DNA of 24,000 nucleotides, from assembly GCA_030041355.1 (NCBI GenBank), contig JASHNZ010000019.1, positions 68,042 to 92,041 of the forward strand, written 5' to 3'. Positions 23,299 through 24,000 of the stretch are shown piece by piece. The translations under genes and the position numbers were made by a program. Every line of letters starts with the position of its first letter. The stretch's first letter is position 1. The notes beneath the pieces are model-generated. The model was not told where the DNA came from. It ran no database searches and saw only the letters and a program-made list of their open reading frames with translations. The stretch is from Nitrososphaerales archaeon. Its GTDB lineage: Archaea; Thermoproteota; Nitrososphaeria; Nitrososphaerales; CADDZS01.

Positions 23299-23391
23299 GT
23301 TCTGGTGAAGGATGAAACGCTGAATTCAGCGAACGGGCAATTTGCGTCTAATTAAGCAATATAGATTTTACGGAAGCCTATTGGTTTTCTC

Positions 23392-24000
23392 TCATTTCTT
23401 CATCCGTTGAATCAGACCTGTGAGAATAAATGGGAGCAGAGTCGTGACCTCGCCGAAAACTGTAACCTGTTTTGCTCTAGTAGAAACTTTTCCCCATGAG
23501 ATTGCTTCTCTAACCTGAGCCCCTGATAAGCTGCCGTCGAGCTCAGTCGCGCTTGTGATATAAACAGCGTAGTCCAGGCCATTTCTGAATTGGTTCCACC
23601 AAAGTGTATGATGTTTTGAGATGCCCCCGCCCATCATAAACGCACCACTCTTTTTCGCAGAGTACACAATATCAGAAAGAGCTTGCTCATCTCTCAGTAG
23701 ATCCAGTTTGAAATCCCGATGCATTTGATAGAATAACCAAGCTTGACTCCCTACCGCACCATCAGTGATCCCCGGCACAAAGACCGGAATCTCGCTTTTC
23801 GCAGCCCAATACAGAATAGACTTGTCATCTGTTATCGATTCGCCCAGACGCTGGCATAGAAGCTGAGTACTAGGAGATGTTTCTCCGTAATGATACATTT
23901 TCGTCAGGACAGATTGGACTTTTTCTTCAATCAGAGGTCCGTAATTATCACGAGGGATCAAAACGTTTCCCAACCTATGAATCGCCTTCTTTTCGAGCTC
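23392..24000 (-). CDS. dys: deoxyhypusine synthase (partial; N-terminus beyond the window edge)
   Basis: SILYWAAKSEIPVFVPGITDGAVG...AFMMGGGISKHH...ELDGSLSGAQVREAISWGK matches conserved DHS blocks. The frame stays open to base 24000 (ELEKKAIHRLGNVLIP...), so the track Met is an internal TTG. Confidence 0.9.
   Translation of the reverse strand, partial: ELEKKAIHRLGNVLIPRDNYGPLIEEKVQSVLTKMYHYGETSPSTQLLCQRLGESITDDKSILYWAAKSEIPVFVPGITDGAVGSQAWLFYQMHRDFKLDLLRDEQALSDIVYSAKKSGAFMMGGGISKHHTLWWNQFRNGLDYAVYITSATELDGSLSGAQVREAISWGKVSTRAKQVTVFGEVTTLLPFILTGLIQRMKK

Noticed and set aside
1-24000. Scan for CRISPR repeats, IS or transposase ends, integrases, toxin-antitoxin pairs and known defence-system genes
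   Set aside because: By eye I found no regularly spaced direct repeats, terminal inverted repeats, recombinase motifs or defence-type ATPase/nuclease operons, apart from the lone HNH gene. A computational repeat search could still find short repeats I missed.

Overview
This is an archaeal chromosomal segment. Support: an aRF1-family gene, RNA polymerase subunit K (Rpo6), deoxyhypusine synthase, an intron-containing tRNA, and TATA-like boxes about 22-30 nt upstream of many start codons, implying leaderless mRNAs. I call about 22 protein-coding genes, most on the minus strand.

Gene content: the genes are mainly housekeeping and redox metabolism.
- Enzymes: a partial C-N hydrolase, a quinone oxidoreductase with a MarR regulator, GlcD-like and sarcosine-oxidase-like flavoenzymes, a VOC/glyoxalase protein, an SDR, a PPOX-family protein and an alpha/beta hydrolase.
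- Membrane proteins: an APC permease and a membrane H+-pyrophosphatase.
- Secreted proteins: three are rich in N-glycosylation sequons, and one fuses a 7-bladed beta-propeller to a thermopsin-like domain. That domain hints at an acidophilic lifestyle, which is inference only.

No CRISPR array, IS element, integrase or recognisable defence operon was seen.

Most unusual observations:
1. A full-length aRF1 homologue has GGW in place of the universally conserved catalytic GGQ. TAA, TAG and TGA all terminate well-supported genes in this window.
2. A tRNA-Cys(GCA) gene of 112 nt carries a canonical 12-nt intron and a further 28-nt insertion between the anticodon and T arms.
3. A GC-rich gene between that tRNA and rpoK appears to change reading frame (+1) part-way through.
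4. A small accessory patch holds an HNH endonuclease with no ATG start and two miniproteins.
5. Two decayed gene remnants are present: a class III cyclase N-terminal fragment, and a frameshifted, TGA-interrupted fragment containing a 21-nt tandem duplication.

All family assignments come from motif recognition by eye. No database search was possible.
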